A DNA stretch of 58,337 nt, counting the filler, from Sanchytrium tribonematis (taxonomy: Eukaryota), in assembly GCA_018985235.1 (NCBI GenBank). It is 5 parts of 5 records of this genome, joined end to end, with 100 filler letters (N's around TTAATTAATTAA, not from the genome) between each part and the next. Parts side by side here need not be neighbours in the genome. Positions count along the whole stretch, not along the records: positions 46,857 to 58,337 come from JADGIG010000258.1; 4 more parts are not named here. One strand, written 5' to 3'. The notes under the pieces are model-generated. The model ran no database searches and had not been told where the DNA came from. It worked only from the letters and a program-made list of their open reading frames with translations. This document shows positions 54,242-58,337 of this stretch, in pieces (position 1 is the stretch's first letter; each line of letters begins with the position of its first letter). A program made the translations under genes and the position numbers.

Positions 54242-55199
54242 TTATTGTTCATCAATTGCCATTCTGTTGATGGTTCTTCTACTTGCATTCTCAATTGCAC
54301 TTTTTAAGCCATGATCAAAGTTTCTTAGACATAAACAGGCATTGACTGTGGTTAATCCGACGATTATGAGTGACAAAACAGCTAAATAAATGAAAAATAC
54401 CAAAAAATGTCAGATAATTACGCACATTTAAATATTTCAATTCTTGAGTGGCATCGTACATTCTGACTAATTTAAACATGAAATAAGCCAGTGCTAAGAG
54501 GGTTAAAAAAATGAAGCAGATCATTAAAACCTTGTTTTCTTTTTTTAATGCTTTGGAGGCTACAAATAAGATGATGACTGTGCAAATGAGTGCAGCAATG
54601 GTCAAATACATCTCAACATCTTGGACTTGGAGGACTAGAATCATGAATTGTAAACTGAAACTCACAAAAACAAAGAAACATGCTTTTAACAGCATTAAAA
54701 AGATTTGGTATGTTCTATACATTTGCTTCATTCTTGGATCTGCTCCTATTTTCTTGTATACTTTCCAACCATATTCACAATATAGTTTAAAAGTCAAAAA
54801 TCCACTAATGACAGCAAATACGGCTAATAATACACAAATAGCAAAGAAATAGCCACTATAACTTTGCCAAATATTGGTGACTTGACTCACATCTTTGATT
54901 TGAAAGAGAGAATATCCAAAACTAGCAACATTCATGCCCACCCAAGCAAATAATTGAATGGTATTTTCATTTGCAATGGCATCCCAACTAAAATAGATTT
55001 GGAATAATTGACCAAATATAAATATAGCTAGATAGACTGGTAATCCACGCAGAGGCTCCGCTTTATTCTCTAATGAGATCTTGGGGACTAGTTGGGCTGC
55101 AATGACTATTTCAAGGATAATGATGCAGACTGCTTGTAATACTGCTGTCATTAATGCTGCTTTAGAGTAATTAGAAAGTTTGTTGGGAAAAACTTTCAT
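54242..55199 (-). CDS. UPF0658-type fungal multi-pass (Golgi) membrane protein, two exons
   Basis: ENTIQL, LYCEYGWKVYKKIGAD, Y..YQIF..LLK; after splicing 54382-54400: YLTFFAVLSLIIVGLTTVNACLCLRNFDHGLK...RMAIDEQ stop. Confidence 0.85.
54382..54400 (-). other. 19-nt spliceosomal intron GTATTTTTCATTTATTTAG
   Basis: GT-AG, phase 1; removal restores the last TM helix and the NFxxGLK motif. Confidence 0.88.
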
Positions 55200-55620
55200 C
55201 AAACAGTGTTTTGAAATCAAAAAAGTAAAATGACGTTTGGACGCTTTAATTGACCTAGTTTGACGACGTATGGTTGAAGTGACTCGCATAGTGACAAGCT
55301 GTAGACTGGTAGCGTATAAGGAGATACAAATAAGAACAATATCAATTGATTTTAAGAATTATTAATCCAAACTCCATATCTCTTGAAACATTATTTCAAA
55401 TGTGGGTCGTTTCATTTCAAATTCAATCAGCGTGATGACTAGTAATCCAATGAAAGTAATGCAAAACTGGCAAGCAGCAAGTATATTGGGCAAGTCTTTT
55501 GCCATTTCAAATATCCAATAAAATCATTTTCTAATATTCTCAATCGAATAACAGAACAAGAACAAAGAGAAAACAGAAGTTCAATCAATACAAATAGATG
55601 CAGGGGTTCGATATCTCAAA

Positions 55621-56529
55621 ATGATCTTTACCACACTTGTTTCGGCTATTGATATTCCACCAAAATACACTGAAGATACTACAGATCCCATTAGATTTGC
55701 TATTCCCTTGGATACTTGGGGATGGAATGCCATGAACACACCAGGTGTGCTTTATGAATGTGTCAACGCAAAGAAACAAGTAAGTTACCGAGTCAAAACC
55801 GAAACCCCAATGGACGATTCAAAAGATTTTGGCTTTGGTCAATCAGGATTTCATTATTTGGCATTTCCTAGACTAAAGGACGTCACATGTTCTTATTTTG
55901 TGACTACACTATATTTCACATACGCAAGTGGCACGAGTGAAAGCGACAAAAAGTCCCAAATGTGCACCAAAAAAGTCGAAATGAATCTGGATGCATGTGA
56001 ATTAAATGCTCAAAATGGAGCAACTCAAAAACCATCTATAACAGCCCAGCTAATGAATGGCAAAACTTCAGAGAAACAATCTGCAAATGATACAATTTTA
56101 ACCATGGTAGAGTTGAAGAAGCCAGAAAATAAGGATTTATTGACAACTTATCTCAAATTTGCAAGGGCCTATTTCCCAGTAGCCGCTAACATAGAATCAG
56201 ATTCAGACTTGATCAATTGGCTGTTAAGAAATGTGGATGCTAAAATGCAAATTGATTATTTACTCATGAAGGTGATCGATGCACAATCTGCCGCAGCAGC
56301 ACCAGCACCTCCAAATAAGGCCAAAGGTGGTGCAGCTACAGCAGCGCCGAAAGCGGTACCTCCTAAAAAGAATGTCAAATTGCAAAAAAGAGACTCTTGT
56401 GGGCCAAAACAATTAGTTTTGGACGTAGAGTGTGCAGATTTTGTCACAGTTGGCAATTTGAATGCAGCACTCGCTTTTCAAGGAAATGATATTTATAAAC
56501 CAACTTATGAGCTTACAATGAGTCAATAA
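55621..56529 (+). CDS. Putative secreted protein, tandem paralogue 1
   Basis: MIFTTLVSA leader; DPI.FA.PL.TWGW and DFGFG..G.H.L..PRL.D..C shared with the next gene; LQKR site. Confidence 0.8.
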   Translation: MIFTTLVSAIDIPPKYTEDTTDPIRFAIPLDTWGWNAMNTPGVLYECVNAKKQVSYRVKTETPMDDSKDFGFGQSGFHYLAFPRLKDVTCSYFVTTLYFTYASGTSESDKKSQMCTKKVEMNLDACELNAQNGATQKPSITAQLMNGKTSEKQSANDTILTMVELKKPENKDLLTTYLKFARAYFPVAANIESDSDLINWLLRNVDAKMQIDYLLMKVIDAQSAAAAPAPPNKAKGGAATAAPKAVPPKKNVKLQKRDSCGPKQLVLDVECADFVTVGNLNAALAFQGNDIYKPTYELTMSQ

Positions 56530-56757
56530 ATATTATGGAAATTAAATAATTTTTGGCAATGTGAATGTCATGTATTCCATTGAAATGACATGATATTCAT
56601 GTGATGCTGACATTGGCGCAAACATATTGGGCAAGGACATGTCATTTCAACTTCCAATCACAGTTGAATTTTAAAATCTAATAGCAAATCACAGAATTGC
56701 AAAAGTCTGTTCGTAGGATTCAAAATTTACAAATAGATGCAGAGGTAAATTGGCAAC

Positions 56758-57984
56758 ATGATTTTGACTCACGCCATTTACGCAGATTATTCCCTGCAAG
56801 ATCCGATCAATTTCGCAATGCCCCTTTCAACTTGGGGATGGCTTGAGAATAGAGGCAATGGTATTCTATATGAATGTGCTAAAGAAGATAAGACTGTTAA
56901 ACCTTCCACTTACAGTGTCAGTTATCGTAGATTCTCAGATCATCATGTGGATGATGAAAAGACTGATTTTGGATTTGGAAGTGGCGGATACCATTTACTA
57001 CAATATCCCAGACTCGAAGATACCGAATGTGATGTGGTATTCAGCACATTATACATCACAGATGGTGATAATGCACAGAAATGCAATGTGACCACTACTC
57101 TAGAATTAGATGATTGCGAATTGCAAAATCAAAATGGTGTTTCGAATCCACTTCTTCCTCCAGCTGGTCAAGAACAAGGTGGTAATCCAACAACCCCTAC
57201 AACAGGTGCTGGTGCGGGAGATGGTACTGCAACAGGTGCTGGTGCTGGAGATGGCACTACTCCTGAAGATCCCATCAAATCCATTCAAGAGATGGAAAAA
57301 GATGGTCAAATTGACATGTATCTTCAATTTATTCATGAGCAATCTCCTCCTTATCCATTTCTCCAAGAGATGTCCGATACTAAAATTAAAGCGTATCTCA
57401 GTGATCCCAAAAATGCAGCTGATAAAATTACAATTGATAATGATCTTGTTGATGCAATCAATGCTCAATCAGATCCAACAGCTGCCAAACCAGCACCCGC
57501 AGCACAACCAGATCCATCCGTCGATCCAGCAGCCCCTCCAGCCAAACCAGCAGATATTCAGCCACCTGCACCAGTTACACCAGCTGATAATGCAGCATCT
57601 CCATCCCCATCCAATTCATACACCATCAAAGACATCAAACAAATGACTCCTCAAGAACAAATTGCATATGCCCAATTTGCCATTCAAACTTTTACTGATT
57701 TCAAAGGTCAAGATGCTAAAACAGTCATTGCCACATTAGCTAAAGATCCAGCGAGTAAAAAACAAGTAGATGAGAAATTATTAGCTTATCAACAATCTGA
57801 AGGTACCAACAATTTACAAAAGAGAAATTTAGCATCAGATGCATCCCAATGTGGTAAAAAGAAGAAAGTATTGGTCGTACATTGTCCAGATCATGCATTA
57901 AATGGAGATATGGAAACAGCATTAAAAGATTCTAAAACGACTGACTTGAAAGATGATAACCCAGTGGATGATCCAATTGAATAA
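56758..57984 (+). CDS. Putative secreted protein, tandem paralogue 2
   Basis: MILTHAIYA leader; same N-domain; 30-nt tandem repeat (TGAGAGDGT) at 57201-57260; Pro/Ala linker; LQKR site. Confidence 0.8.
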   Translation: MILTHAIYADYSLQDPINFAMPLSTWGWLENRGNGILYECAKEDKTVKPSTYSVSYRRFSDHHVDDEKTDFGFGSGGYHLLQYPRLEDTECDVVFSTLYITDGDNAQKCNVTTTLELDDCELQNQNGVSNPLLPPAGQEQGGNPTTPTTGAGAGDGTATGAGAGDGTTPEDPIKSIQEMEKDGQIDMYLQFIHEQSPPYPFLQEMSDTKIKAYLSDPKNAADKITIDNDLVDAINAQSDPTAAKPAPAAQPDPSVDPAAPPAKPADIQPPAPVTPADNAASPSPSNSYTIKDIKQMTPQEQIAYAQFAIQTFTDFKGQDAKTVIATLAKDPASKKQVDEKLLAYQQSEGTNNLQKRNLASDASQCGKKKKVLVVHCPDHALNGDMETALKDSKTTDLKDDNPVDDPIE

Positions 57985-58039
57985 ATTTCCATCATTTTGT
58001 GATTTTACAAGTTGCGTAATTTTGTTTGATCCCTGTTAA

Positions 58040-58337
58040 ATGTTGATGTTGATATTTGCCATTCTTTCACAGATCCAAAAAACACTCGTATTAGATCTAG
58101 ACCATACCCTCATTCACGCTATCCCATTCCAATTACCTCCAAATACTAAAATGAATCAAATGACACTCATTGACGATGTCATTATATACTTGGATACCCG
58201 TCCCGTTATTCAAATCCATTCCAATTCATATCTATTATCCATAGATCATGAGTATTATAAAGTATATATTCGTCCATTTGCAAGAGAATTGATTGAAATC
58301 GCACATTCAAATCAATATGAAATCATCATTTATACTG
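58040..58337 (+). CDS. FCP1/SCP (NIF-domain) HAD phosphatase with short hydrophobic leader, runs off the window end
   Basis: Not in the ORF track. MLMLIFAILSQIQKTLVLDLDHTLIHA...VYIRPF...YEIIIYT; DxDxT catalytic motif. Confidence 0.82.
   Translation, partial: MLMLIFAILSQIQKTLVLDLDHTLIHAIPFQLPPNTKMNQMTLIDDVIIYLDTRPVIQIHSNSYLLSIDHEYYKVYIRPFARELIEIAHSNQYEIIIYT

Overview
AT-rich, very compact EUKARYOTIC DNA, not bacterial. Housekeeping genes include ARPC2, Beclin-1/Atg6, Rna14/CstF77, cytochrome b5, WDR92/DNAAF10, a GT32 glycosyltransferase and a 7TM-RGS. By inference the organism is an early-diverging zoosporic fungus or close relative; a sanchytrid-like lineage is an unverified guess. The window is five segments of decreasing length (11672, 11653, 11607, 11524, 11481 nt) joined by an artificial N44-TTAATTAATTAA-N44 linker, so adjacency across gaps is meaningless. 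The most striking signal is three independent 19-nt GT-AG introns (ARPC2, a UPF0658-type membrane protein, an LRR receptor), all phase 1 and all ending ATTTAG, plus a 20-nt GC-AG candidate; this implies an ultra-small-intron splicing system. Defence-like genes: ZNFX1 with an RZ finger (split by a 1-nt deletion), a tail-to-tail pair of IRG-like GTPases (one intact, one degenerate), an MLKL-like helical bundle-kinase-Sel1 protein and a recombining LRR receptor-like gene cluster. Also present: two Crinkler-like nuclease-domain proteins, a full-length PIF/Harbinger transposon with TIRs whose transposase is broken by a 73-bp duplication, and many putative secreted proteins with very short signal peptides. 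All family calls come from reading motifs by eye; no database searches were run.
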